A stretch of 64,000 bases of DNA, from contig NC_133619.1 of assembly GCF_048593235.1 (NCBI RefSeq), forward strand, positions 585,273,963 through 585,337,962, given 5' to 3'. A program made the position numbers and the translations under genes. Source of the DNA: Sminthopsis crassicaudata (Eukaryota). The notes below the pieces were generated by a model. It had not been told where the DNA came from, did no database searches, and saw nothing but the letters and a program-made list of their open reading frames with translations. Shown here piece by piece: positions 46,092 to 58,378 of this stretch (position 1 is its first letter; each line of letters opens with the position of its first letter).

Positions 46092-49000
46092 TCAAGGATC
46101 CAGCAGGGCTTTCAAGAGGGATGGATAGTTGGGAGTTCCCCAACCTGTGACTGGGTCCCAGCCAGGCTTGGAACAGAACCCCTGACCCTGCACCTCTTCA
46201 TCCAGGCAAGCCTCATGGCAGCCTTGAGTCACCTGTGGTAAAAAGGGAAAGGGTTATACCAGAGGGCTGCCCCACCCCAAATGCTTCAAATTCTCCATAT
46301 TCACTACAAACTTTGTCCTCACCCATTTCCACCCTTGCTCTTCCCTACCCCTATCTCTATCCCCCCCCCCCAAACTCACATCAAATAGGCCACGACCCTG
46401 CATTGAGTATAGTCGAGGGTTGAGGAAACCCAGAGGGGGACGGCCATTCAGGAGTCGCTGCTCATTCACTAAGGACAAGAGCCCCCCAAAGACAGGGGTT
46501 GATGCCTGTGGAAGGAGGAAAGAATGCATATGACAAAGAATAAAAGGAACAAGGAAAAGCATGTCTTTCTACTCGGCAGGCTAAAGAGTGGGGATAGTGT
46601 GGGATCCAAGGAAGAAAAGGGTGTGATAGAAGTAACAGTGGGGATAGAGAAAGCCACATGAGAACTGGGCTAGGGAAGTGACAGTGATCTCACCGAAGTG
46701 CCAGATACCCAGGGAATGGGCACATGGTTGCTAACCACCCAGTAGCCATCAGAGAGTGCAGCTACATCAGGATAGGCCCGGCCACTTGCATTGTAGTAAC
46801 TGGAGGGAGGCAGGTGAGTGGAAGAGCCCAAAAAGTGGGACACAGCTTCATCCTAAAGAGGGAGAACAGCCATGGGGACTCAGAGCCCAACCTAATTATC
46901 CCTCTCATGCCCAGAGGCCATTATGTGTCTCAGACTAGGAATATCAGGAAGCTCTCCTAGGACTGAGTTCCCCTGGTGCTGGGGAGCAGGATAAGTTATC
47001 ACTCTCATACCTGGTACTGAGGCCTTGGGAAGATGTTACTGAAGCCACCGCCACTGATGTAGTCGACAATCTCTTCTGTAACCATGAAGGGATTCCGGAA
47101 GGAAGTCCCACCCACTGTTGTAACATAGGGGCTGTAGACAAAGAGGTTTTGGGATTAGCACCTGGGGATTTAGGTCAGCAGAATGGCTCAGGGCCCCAAG
47201 GATCATAAGTTACCCAGTCCCATAGATCCTGGGTCACAGGTTATGTTTCCCAAAGATCACAGGTCAGGAGGACCTCAAAAGTCACTATTAAGAGAGCTTT
47301 TCAGTCTGGTGTTACAAACTTGGGAACAAAGTAACTGAGTGACAGTGAGGAAGAGGGTTGCTGTTACCTGGAGGCTGGGAAGCTGGGACGGAACAAATGG
47401 CCCTTTGGTCCTGAGAAACACCCGGCACCGCTGTCTCCTGATAGAAGAAACAGGGACAGGTCTGAGGTTAGTTTCTGAAGTCAGGAGTTTAGAGAAGGGA
47501 GAAAAAATGAGGATTTTTTTAAAGAGGCCTGAAGATGGGAAATACAGGAAAATGGGCCGGGGCAGGAATATCCTCCAGTAAGAGATCCATAATATTGGGC
47601 CTGAAGAAGGGGTCTTCTATCAGGATCAGGGGTCTTGAGCATGAGTACCGGAAGCAAAGAGCAGGGTGAGGCCTCGAGCAGCAGCCTTCATGAGCTCATC
47701 GTTGACCCGGTGAAGATAGGCAGTACTGAGCGAATCCTCATCATCCCCATAGCTCACAGTGTGCACCAATGGCAACGAAGACTCATTACTGAGCAGGAGG
47801 AGCCACTGCAGGAAAGGCTCCTGGGACTCATGCCGGCCTAAGGGTTAGAGAGAGAGGACACTGTGTTCTCTACCCATGGGGGTGGGGAGCCAGATGTGCC
47901 AAGGTCCCCTTTCTTCCTTAACCCCCCCCCCCGGGACTGACCAGCCACATAGTTACCTTTCATCCTCCTCAGAAGGGGGTTTCTGGAGGGCTCTGTTTCT
48001 CTACTCATGGTGGGAGGGAGCCAGATGCATCTGGATCCCCTTTCTCCCCCATCTCTGGGGGGATAACACTAGTTATCTTTGATCCTCCACAAAAGGGGCT
48101 TTCTGGGAGCATCTCTTAGGCTCTGGTTTTTAGGGTTCTCGGAATGCCAATTTTTTGAATCTCTAGGTTTGGGGAGGTGCCTACCAGGGCTGCTGTAGAC
48201 CCAGGTGGAGATGTTGGCTCCAGCGCTCATGAGGTACTCTACATCTAGACTGGCTTCCAATCCAGCTCGGCCATGTCCTTGTTGCCCTACTACTCGACTG
48301 ACGGAGTTTTTGTGAGGGAAGCTCTTCCCAAAGAGTTTCATGAACTCTTCTAGGTCAGCATCATGGAAGTACTGCTCCAGGAACTACAGGGGGAGGAGAA
48401 ATAGAACAATAGAAAAGGTCAGGGTCAGAAAAGGATGGGGAAATGGATTGACTCTCAAAAGAATGTCACACCTGGAGATCATTCAGTTTATACTCTTCAT
48501 TTTACTGATAAGCAAACTGAGACCTAGAGAGAATAAGTTAATTGTCTGGGGTCACTTAGGCAGTAAATAGCTTAAATGGCATAACCTTTACTCCTGTGAC
48601 TCCCAATCCAATGCTTTTTCTATTGACCACACTAATAGCCTGCTCAGACAAGTTCTTATTTTTAAATATACAGACACTGACATTTTTAAACACTTACAAC
48701 CACCTTGTAAAGTAAATAGTACAAGCTTTCTTATGCCTCTTTTAGAGATAAAGAAAGCTGAGATTCAAGTGGTGTGTCCTTAGCAAAACAGCCAGTACAC
48801 ATGAGAATTAAGATTCTCGTCTTGCCTAGTCTAACTTTCTCTGAAAAATTATTACACTATACAAACTTCTTGCCCTTTCTATAAATCTTTTCTTTTTCTA
48901 AATGTTCACTATTTTATTTTTTCCAAGTACACATAAAACAATTTTTAAATTCATTTTTTAATATTTTGAGTTACAAATTTCCCTCTTCCCTTCTTCCCTT

Positions 49001-52000
49001 TTTCTCTCCTTAAAAAGGCAAACAATTTAATACAGATTAAATATATGCAGTCAGTCAAACCATATTTCCATGCGAGACATTTTATAAAAGAAAACATGGA
49101 CAAAAAAACAAAAAGAAAAAAGTAGGTTCTTTTTTTTTGTTTTGTTTTGTTTTGTTTTGTTTTGTTTTAAGTATGCTTCAATCTGCATTAAGACTCCATC
49201 AGTTGTTTCTCTGGAGATGGATAGCATTTGTCATGCTAAGTCCTCTGGAATTGTCTTGGTTCATCATATCACTGAGAATAACTAAGTCATTTAGGGGTTG
49301 GTCATCATACCATATTCTTACTATGATATACACTGTTCTCCTGGTTCTGTTCACTTCACTTTGCGACAGTTCATGTAAGGTTTCCATGTTTTTCTGAAAG
49401 CTAGTCATTTCTTATAGCACAATGGTATTCCGTGGAAATCATATATTACAACTTGTTTAACCATTCCCCAATTGCTACGTTTCCCCTCTTTAAACCATTT
49501 CAAATCTACCTTTTAAAAATTAAGGACACAAATTGATTAATGATGGACAGAACCAGCTACATCCAGAAAAGGACTGGGAAATGAGTGTAAACTGTTATTT
49601 TTACCTTCTGAATCCAATTCTTCCTGTGCAACAAAAAATTTGGTTCTACACACATATATTGTATCTAGAATATACTGTAATATATTTAACATGTATAAGA
49701 CTGCCTGCCATCTGGGGGAGGGGGTTGGGGAGGAAGGGAAAAAAATCTGAATAGAAGTAAATGCAAGGGATAATGTTGTAAAAAATTACCCATGCATATG
49801 TACTGTCAAAAAAAAAGTTATAATTATAAAATAAAATAAAAATTAAATTAAAAAAAAAAAAAAAAGAATGTCACATATAGGAGGGAGCTCACCTGGGCAC
49901 AAGCCTGGCTATTGTTGGGAGACCCAGAGCCCACATCCTGTGCAGTCAGGTTGTATCTCTCACGAATCACAGCTGGGGTCACCCCCATGTGCAGACTTAA
50001 GGACTCCTCTAACTCCAGCTTTGGCCCTGATCGTTGCTGTAGGGAGGAAGCTCGGGGGAACCGGTGGAGTCCACCCACTATGCATTAAGAGGAAAAGGAA
50101 TTAGCTTGTAGGCAGTACCCTATTTCCCTCCCTTCCCAATTTCCAGCCCCCAAACCAATTACCAAAGTCCACATGGGCAGCCAGGGCCTCTGGGAGATTG
50201 TATGGCTGTGGGGACCTCACAACACGGCCTCCCCCCAGTCTCCCAACAAAGCGATGGAACTCTGCCCCAGGAAGAAGCTGCTCTGCTTGCCTGAAGGTCA
50301 GAAATCATAGAGCTGGGAATCAGCGATTATTAGAAGAATCAGTGGGATGGGGAGAAAAATTACAACCCCTTATTCCTCTTTCATGGGGCAGCTAGTCCCC
50401 CACTCACTGGACAGTCATCTGGCATGTCAGGAAGTCCTCTGTGATCACTGTTTGGCAATCTTGGACTCCAGCTGCTAGAAGCCATTTCTGCACGGTGCTA
50501 AGAGTGAGTGTTGATGGTCGGACCAATGCAGCTACATCTTCCAGAGACAAGTACTTCCCTAGTGGGAAGAGGGGAAGGGTAAATTGAAGGAATTGTTATC
50601 AGTAAATCTCTCATGAGCACAGGTGTTATAGTTTACCCCAAGCTTTTGAGGGAGAACATTGAGGGCTGAAAGGGTCCAGAGCCCTGGGGGGATGCTATCT
50701 TAGCTTATTACAGATCTCATTGGGCTAAAGATTTTTTTTTTTTTAGCATTTCCATTCATTAAACTTAGTCATCACAATTATTTTCTAGGCCTCTTACAAA
50801 CATCTGACACCAAATCCAGTGCTTTTTTTCTATCACAGTTCACTTCAAGATTTAGGTGGTTGTCCATTTTTGAAGACACCCAAAATAATACCACTATGTT
50901 AAATTATGTGTGTCTCCTCTGTAGCTGATCAGACCAATACAAGCTCAGAATGCTCTGCTACAGGTCCAACGCAATCCCTCAGGAACATCTGAAGTGGGTT
51001 TTCTAACTTTGCACATCTTGTGTTTCTAATTGTTTTTGTGTCTTTGCTCATGATGTGCTTTTTCTAGAATTTGTTATCTCGCCTTTCCTATATCCTCTAA
51101 TTGCTGTCAAAATTTTCCCCACTCTTTATGTTATATCTCCAGACCTCTTCCAGTTTTCCCTAGTTTCACTCAAGAGTTTAGAAATGGGGTCTGACCCTAT
51201 GGGCAGAGGTTGGGGCTGGATTTATAAACTTGAGATTATAAATAGGTAGAATACCTTTAAAAGTTTGGTCAGAGAATTTGAGATACAAAGAAAGGGGTGG
51301 TTCAGAGAGACAGGAAGAGAACCAAGAGACTAGTGTTACCAAAACCCATGGAGTAGAGTATCCAGGAGAAAGGTTTGGTTACCAGCTTCAAAAACTCCAT
51401 TAGTCAAGAAATAAAATACAAGCCCATTGAGTTTAGAAACTGTGTTATGTTGGGGTGGGGTAGGGGGTGGAAGGGTGGGGGAGAGGAGGGAGCAGAGCAA
51501 GAGGGCTGCTTAGAACCCCTGCGATTGGAGGAAAAAGGAATTACTATACAGCCTATACTACCCTATGCGGTTCATTCTTCCACATTATATTTAACACCGA
51601 ACACTGATCTTCCTTCCAATAGGTACTGCTATTCGATGTCTACTTGTATCCCCCCACCCCCACCCCCACATACACCTCCCCCCACACACACACCGTATCG
51701 GGGGGAGCCGGGGTCGGATACATCCTGCACCAGCTTCTGAAGTTGCTGCAGGTTCTGCTGTCTCAGAGCGAAAGTCAGACTCAATGACTCAGTAGGACCC
51801 ACACGGCCAATAGACACCCAGCCCGGCGGCGGCCTGGGGAGATGGGAAGGGGAGAGTGTGTGTGAAATTATGGTTCACCTTCTGTTTTAGAGGCTCGGAT
51901 CAGATCTGGGGTGGTGGGAAAAAGGGGAAAGGAGTCTAGGAATGTTGGGGTTTAGGGACTTCCAAAAGGTCTGGTGTCAAGGATTCATACCAAGTGCTGC

Positions 52001-52465
52001 TGGGGAATGGCGGTGGAGCTGGGAGAAAAGAAAGAAGGAAGATTGGGAATCAAGGACAAGGAATGGCTGATGGGGGAATTTTGGTGGTAAAGGGGAGAAA
52101 TTTGGGAAAGGCTGAGGGGAGAGGGGAGAGGCGCGTCGGGCTCTCGCGGAAATAACAGCAGTTCTCCTTAAAATACTTTCCTCAAATCAACCACGTGAAA
52201 GAAGCGAGTAGTCTAAGAGTTGGTCGGGGGGAGCAGGGAGGCTGGCCGAGGCTGGGGGCGGGCACTCACAGGAAAGGCTGGTCAGGCTCTGGGCCAAGGC
52301 CTCGGGCACAGACACACAAGGCGGCGAGCAGCAGGAGCAGGGGCCCGGGGACGCTGCGGAACAGGGGGGAGGAAGGCGTGAGCGAGGCCGGGGACATCGA
52401 GAGCGAGCCCAGTCCCGAGCTCCCGCCCGGCCCTGGCCCGGAGCTCACCAAACCTCCGGCCCCAT
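46092..52465 (-). CDS. TPP1: Tripeptidyl-peptidase 1 (CLN2, sedolisin S53), 13 exons, 569 aa
   Basis: Exons 52449-52465, 52270-52353, 51694-51833, 50408-50558, 50163-50290, 49893-50077, 48185-48383, 47649-47837, 47368-47437, 47011-47131, 46694-46852, 46380-46505, 46092-46232 (1710 nt). Signal peptide, catalytic EASLD, GDSG and GTS motifs, GWDPVTGWG calcium loop intact. Confidence 0.97.
48870..49490 (-). mobile_element. Older L1 3' fragments in TPP1 intron 6
   Basis: Reverse L1 3' UTR / ORF2 motifs (ttttgagttacaaatttccctc, cacttcactttgcgacagttcatgtaag). Confidence 0.7.
49530..49865 (+). mobile_element. Young L1 3' end with poly(A) tail
   Basis: Same 3' UTR family as the 10701, 14649 and 31121 copies. 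Confidence 0.88.
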
Positions 52466-52700
52466 GGCAGGACCCTGGGAACAGAAGGAAGCCGGGACAG
52501 CGTGGGCACTTTCCCGAATAGATGTGGGCGGGTTGGGGGACGGACAAGGGGAGCTCCGCCCCTCCCACAGACACGCGCAAACCCCGTGTTGGGCGGGTCC
52601 CCACAAACAAATCCGACGGAAACCCCCATCCTCCACCCCGCCCCGCCCCGCACGTACCGCAGCTCCGCACCCACGTAAGCACACCAATAGGCACAACACC
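52466..52700 (-). promoter_or_regulatory. TPP1 proximal promoter
   Basis: CpG-rich; GC boxes ccccgccccgcccc at about 52637-52650; CCAAT at 52684-52688; Kozak gccATGG. Confidence 0.6.
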
Positions 52701-52739
52701 CCCAAACAAAGGGAGGCAGCTCCAGGTACAAACAGTCTC

Positions 52740-52745
52740 TTTATT
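52740..52745 (-). terminator. Candidate DCHS1 poly(A) signal AATAAA
   Basis: First minus-strand AATAAA I found after the DCHS1 stop, followed by GU-rich ttgtttgggggtgttgtg. Confidence 0.6.
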
Positions 52746-54225
52746 AAGGCTCCGGAGTGAGAATATTTGGCACTTTGGGTCTGGGTAGGAGGGCAGCCTG
52801 AGCTCTCCCTCACCCAATAAATAAGGATCCGGGGCCTTGGGAGGGGGGAATTCTGGGAGCAGCTGAGCCCCTAGGGCAGAACCCCTGCCCTGAGCTCTCC
52901 CGGGCAGAAAAAGTACGGTCTTACCCTTGCAGAGCTCCCCCTCTCTGAGCCCCCAGACAGAACTTCTTCACTAAGCCCCTTTCAGGACGGAATCCACCCC
53001 CAAACCTGGACTATCCCTTGGGCAGAGCTCCTACTCTAGATTACCCTTCCAAGGACAGTGTCCCCTCTATGACTACCTCTTCCCCCGCCCCTCCCCGCAT
53101 CCTGTTCTCCCCGGTTCTGAGCTGAGGTCCCATTGACATCCTCCTTAGACCTCCGGAGACCCTCCAGCCTGACCTGCTCTTTACTCTTCTGGGCTCAAAG
53201 AAACAAGCTTCCCGCTTGGGGGGAGAGGGGGAAATGGAGACAGAGTGTGGGTGCTGGTAGGATCTGGGGTCAAGAAAAGGAGGATCTCAGAGGCAGACGC
53301 TGCTAAGTCTATTGCCCTGCTCAGTTCTGGGGAGCGAAGTTTTGTAAGATGGGAAAACCAGCAAGGCACTGGTTATGGGAGATGGCAGGGCCAGGCAGAG
53401 GAAGAAAAAGAAAAGGGAGTTTGGGGAGAGGAGCACAAACGTTGCTCCTGAGCCAATTCTGAGGCACGAGGATGGTCACTGATCCAGATCCGGTTGGGGG
53501 AGTATTGCTGAGGGGCCAGAAGTTTCTGCATTCTGGTAGGAGAAAGCTCCAAGCAGAGGCTGGATGACATGTCTGGCCATTTGGGAAGAAGGTTCGAGAT
53601 CTAAGACTGGTAGTGCTCCTAACCAACGGTATCTGGTATTGGATCACATAGAGTTGGTGGATCTGAGGAATGTATGTTTGTGTGCATGTTGGGCTTCAGG
53701 TTGAAGGTGGGAGAGCTAAGAAAAAGAGTGGGCAAGAAGGTATACATACTGGTGTAAACTTTGGGCTCTGGGGGATATATATGATAAGCCAGGTCTGGGG
53801 AACAAAGATTGGACTCTGAGGACCTGGGATATGCATATACTGATTCCTGGGGTCCAGGGGATGTAAGCTGGGCCTTTGTATATGTTGGGCCTCAAGAGTT
53901 GGATACGCCAGGGCCAGTAGGCAGGGTATATATATGCTAGGCCCTGGGCCCCAAGGGATATATATTCCGAGCCCTGGGGGAATCTAGGCTGGGCCTGTTA
54001 GGGCCCCTCTGTCAGGGGTGGTGACTGAATTTGTGCTCTAGGAGGGGTATCTCTGGGGAGCCAGATTTTGTCCCCACCAGGGGGAATCAGTGGACCCTGG
54101 AGTAATTCCTTGCCCCAACCTAGGGATGGGAGGAGATGGAACTGGGGAGAGGCCTCTAGGGGATAGGCCAGTGGGCTCATCCTGTGTCCTCATGATTATG
54201 AAGGGGGCCCTGGGAGCTTTCCAGT

Positions 54226-57200
54226 CTAGATATGTAGCTCTGCCTCATCAGGGGCCTCCAGGCCAGGCTCTGCACTCAGAGCCGAGGCAGAGGGTCCTTG
54301 TGCCACTCCAAAGGGGGAGACAACAGGGGAGCGGGCAGCCAGTGGTGATAATGAAGGTGAAAAACTGGGGGACATGGCAGCTGAGGACAGGGATCCTTCA
54401 TGGCTAATGGGGGAGCGGTGGGTGGGCAGGAAGGGCCCACGGACTCCCGTGCCTGAAGAGGAGTTAGCTGGCTTAGGGGGTACAGACTTGGCCCCAGGGT
54501 GGGCCACAGCGGTAATGAGAGGTGGTGGGTCAATTCGAGGTGCCGGTGGGCAGGGCCGTGCCTCGTCCTTGAGCCGAGCAATCTCAGTGAAGACACTGGC
54601 CAGTGGCTGGAACTGGGGACACCAGCTCAGCAGGTAGTCCCAGTTGTAGCTGCCCCGGAGCTCCTCTTCTCCCGCCACAATGGCTGTGAGTGCCCCTGCC
54701 ACGCAGGGCTTGCCATCAGCTGGGAAACCATAGTCTCCAGGAGGGGCAGGACTGAGGCCACAGCCTCCTAGGAAGGCCCCAGCAGTACTGGCAGCTGGCG
54801 GACCCTCCTCTCGATAGAGCCCCGGCCCAGGGCCTGGAAGTAGCAGCCCAGCCTTTCGGCCCTTGTACCAGGCATCAGGTGGAGGTGGCTCACAGGATGT
54901 ATCGCTCAGTCCGTCAGCATCAGCGTCTTGTTGGATGCCAGAGTCAGGGCCACGGGCAGCCAATGAAGAAGCAACGCTGGCCACTCTGGGGAACTCATTG
55001 ATCATCCGTATCTCGTCATCTTCAGCCGCCTCAGCAGAACCACGCCCACTGGAGTGGGAAGGGTCCAGGGAGCCACCACGTGGGTAAGGACCGCCTGTGC
55101 TAGGCCCACCATATCCAGGCAATGTCTGGTGGTAAAGGTGTTCGGAATGTGGTGGACTAGGAGCCTCCCGGCCTGGTTTTTGCAGGGAGCTGGTACTAAG
55201 AGGGGCAGGTGGAAGAGTGGATCCCGGAGCTGCCTCTGCCTTGTGAGCTCGGGCACGTACTAGCCCCAACACCAGGGCTGCTAGTGCCAGGACTACCACC
55301 ACACCCAGTGAGGCGGCAACAGCACCCACTAACAGCAGGTTGAGGTCAGGGGCTAAGCCTAGCGCCGTGTGGGTAATGTCCACGGTCACAGGCACGGCAG
55401 CACTTCGGGCTCCAGGCAGGGGCCCTCGAGCCACCACCTCCAGCTGTAACTCCCGGGGTGCCTCCCGCCTCGCCCGGCCTACTCCCCCGGCTTCACTAGC
55501 CCCTGCACCTGGTGCCTGGCTGTCCACTCGTAGGTACAGAGCACCCGTGGTCTGGTTGATCCCAAAATATGGGGAGGGAGCAGAAAGGGAGTAAAGGACC
55601 ACACCATCTGCGCCTCCATCCTCATCTGTGGCCAGCACATGGCCTAGACTGTAGCCCCGACGGGCACCCTCAGGCACTTGAAAGTGGAATGAAGGTGCTA
55701 GGAAGACAGGATCGTACTCATCTTCACCAGTTACTAGCACAGACAAGGTGACTGAGGCTGAGAGGTTCCCTGCATCTGCTGCACCCACAAGCAACCGGAA
55801 GCTGCGGGTATGCTCATAGTCAAAAGGCACCCTTGCCCGAAGTTCGCCTGATGAGCCATTCAACGCAAACATGTCCCAGTGGGTGGCTCCCAGTCCCGGC
55901 CCTAATCCTGGTTCTAGTAGCATGTAGTGGAGCCGCCCAAAGGCCCCAGTGTCCTTATCCAGGGCATGGAGTGTGGTGACCAATGTTCCTGGAGGCTGGT
56001 TCTCAGGCAAGCTGGCACTCAGAGTAAGCAGGGGAAAGGTAGGCCCGTGCTCGTTGACGTCTTGTACTTCCACCGTAACTGGCACCAGGGCAAAGTGGGC
56101 TCCAGGAGGATCAGCTGCTTCAACCACCAGTTGATGCTGTGCTTGAGCTTCTCGGTCCAGCTGTCGTGCTAAGCGGAGGGCCCCTGAGCTTTCATCCAGC
56201 TCAAAGAGGTGTGCGGGGTCCCCAGAACTGATGGTGAAGTGAACCAGACCGTGGGGGCCCGGATCAGCATCAGAGGCTGCCACACGCAACAACTCAGTGC
56301 CCACAGGAGTGTCCTCCGGCACAGCCACACGGTAATGGGGCTGGGCGAAGACAGGTGGGTTGTCGTTGACGTCCTGCACAGTGATGACAACCAGGACACT
56401 TGTGCTTCGTGGAGGCTTCCCTCTATCCGCTGCACACACCGTCAAGTTGTACTCAGTGACGCTCTCAAAGTCCAGCGGCTCCAGCAGCACCAGACAGCCC
56501 AAGGCCTGTGGACCAGAGCCACCTTTGGACAAGTGCCTCTCTAGCTGGAAGGCCTGTCCACGGTTGCCACTGATGATGGCATAGTCCAGTGTAGCGTGCG
56601 GTCGGCTCTGGTCAGCATCTGTAGCTTCCAGGATTAAAACTGTGGATCCGGGGGGCAGGTCCTCAGCAACAGTGATGTGGTAGTAGGGCTGCACAAAGCT
56701 GGGAGTGTAGTCGTTCTCATCTTGCAGCTGAATGTGGACTGTGGCCTGTGCTGTCCGTCCCGGGACCCCATGATCACGTGCTTCCAGCACCATGTCCACT
56801 GTGCCCAAACCGCCCAGGCTCTGGGAGGCCGCTTGAATCATGAACAGGGTCCCTAAAGAGGGGGGAATATGGGTATTAGTGGGAAGGAAAGTGCAGGTGG
56901 GGGGCAGTGGTCAGGACAGGGCTGGAGGGAAGGAGGAGGAGGATGAGGAAGAAGAAATAGGTTGGAAAGAGTAGGGTGAGGGGTGAAGGTTGGAGGCCAG
57001 CATGAGAGAAGAAATCAACTTTGTATGCACTACTGCACTCAGTTATATGTTAAATATTTGATGAATAAATGAATAAAAAATGGGGCAGGGGAAACTGAAG
57101 AAGAGAGAAGAATCTGGAGGAAAGGGAGGGGGCAGGAAGGAACTAAGGAATGAAGTGGGGAGGGAAGTGCACCATTGCTGGGGTCGATGTCAAAACCCTC

Positions 57201-58338
57201 TGTACTGGACACGAGGTGGTAGGAAACACGGCCATTGTCTCCAGAATCAAGGTCAGTGGCAGAGATGGTCAGGATTGCACTGCCTGGGGTTGTGTGCTCT
57301 GCCAAGGTCACCTGGGAAGAAAGGATGGGTGTGAGCATTACCATGCGAGCAGCCTGGCCCTCTTCTTGCCCCAAGCTTCTCCTTAGCTTCCTCTCTATCC
57401 CAGGTGTGGGAGCCATAGCTAAGGCTCCCTAGAGAGGGAGGAAAAGCCAGCCTCATGGTTAATGGACTGACAGGATGGATAAGGTTTGATGAAGGCAATG
57501 TGTGAGAAAGGTGATCTTTCGGACAGTCAATGCTGATTCTAAGGGACTTTATAGAGTTTTGCCCAGGACGCTTGCTGTCGGGGGCCACACTTCTTCCCCG
57601 TCCTTGCACCACTTAGTCTTCTGTGAACCTTGTGCCCAAAAGAGGGTGTCATGAGGGTCCCATCTTCTCTTGTGGACCCTGCCTTTCCCTCTAATGCTCT
57701 CATGCTTTGCAACTACATTCCAAGCCCTCCATGCTGCCCTCTTCCCAGGTCACTTGATATAGCTGTCCCTTCAGAGTCCTCCTCCTAGGGGTGAGTCAGT
57801 GCTCTTATGCCGAGCTCTACTATGCTATTTTGAGGCCTCTGTTAAATGATCACTTTCCACATCTTTCAGATTTAGGGTTGCCCACAAACAAGGATGTTCA
57901 AGAAAACGGAGTGACAAGGATATTTTGCAATCTTTTGTATCTTACCTAAAGAAAAACTAGTTGCTAATGGATTTCCTATGTTGTAAGAGTGTCTGTGTTT
58001 TATCCATGTGTTTCCTCAATGGTCTCGGCCCTTTGGAGGGCTTAAGGATAGGGTTTACTTAGCCAGCAAATTATTACATATCCAATTCTTGGGGCAGTTG
58101 AATTTATGAATGCTGCCCCCACTTAGGTAAAGAGGATAGTGATAAGTTCCTGTTTCCAAGATTCAAATCAGTGGCTGTGATTCTGTGGAAAAGTAGTCTG
58201 CTAAGCATGTTTTAGATTATTCCCACTTTTCCATATAATAACTAGTTACCATTTATATAGTGCTTACTATGTGCCAGACACTAAGCTATGCCCTTTACAA
58301 GTATTTCTTTTGATACAGCAATCCTCAGGTCTAGGTAC

Positions 58339-58378
<40 letters not shown>

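Noticed and set aside
52195-52817. Long GC-rich ORFs upstream of TPP1 (up to 183 aa)
   Set aside because: The only meaningful part is TPP1 exon 2; the real start is the 17-nt coding exon 1 at 52449-52465
54276-56584. Antisense and alternate-frame ORFs within the DCHS1 last exon
   Set aside because: Shadow ORFs of a GC-rich coding exon
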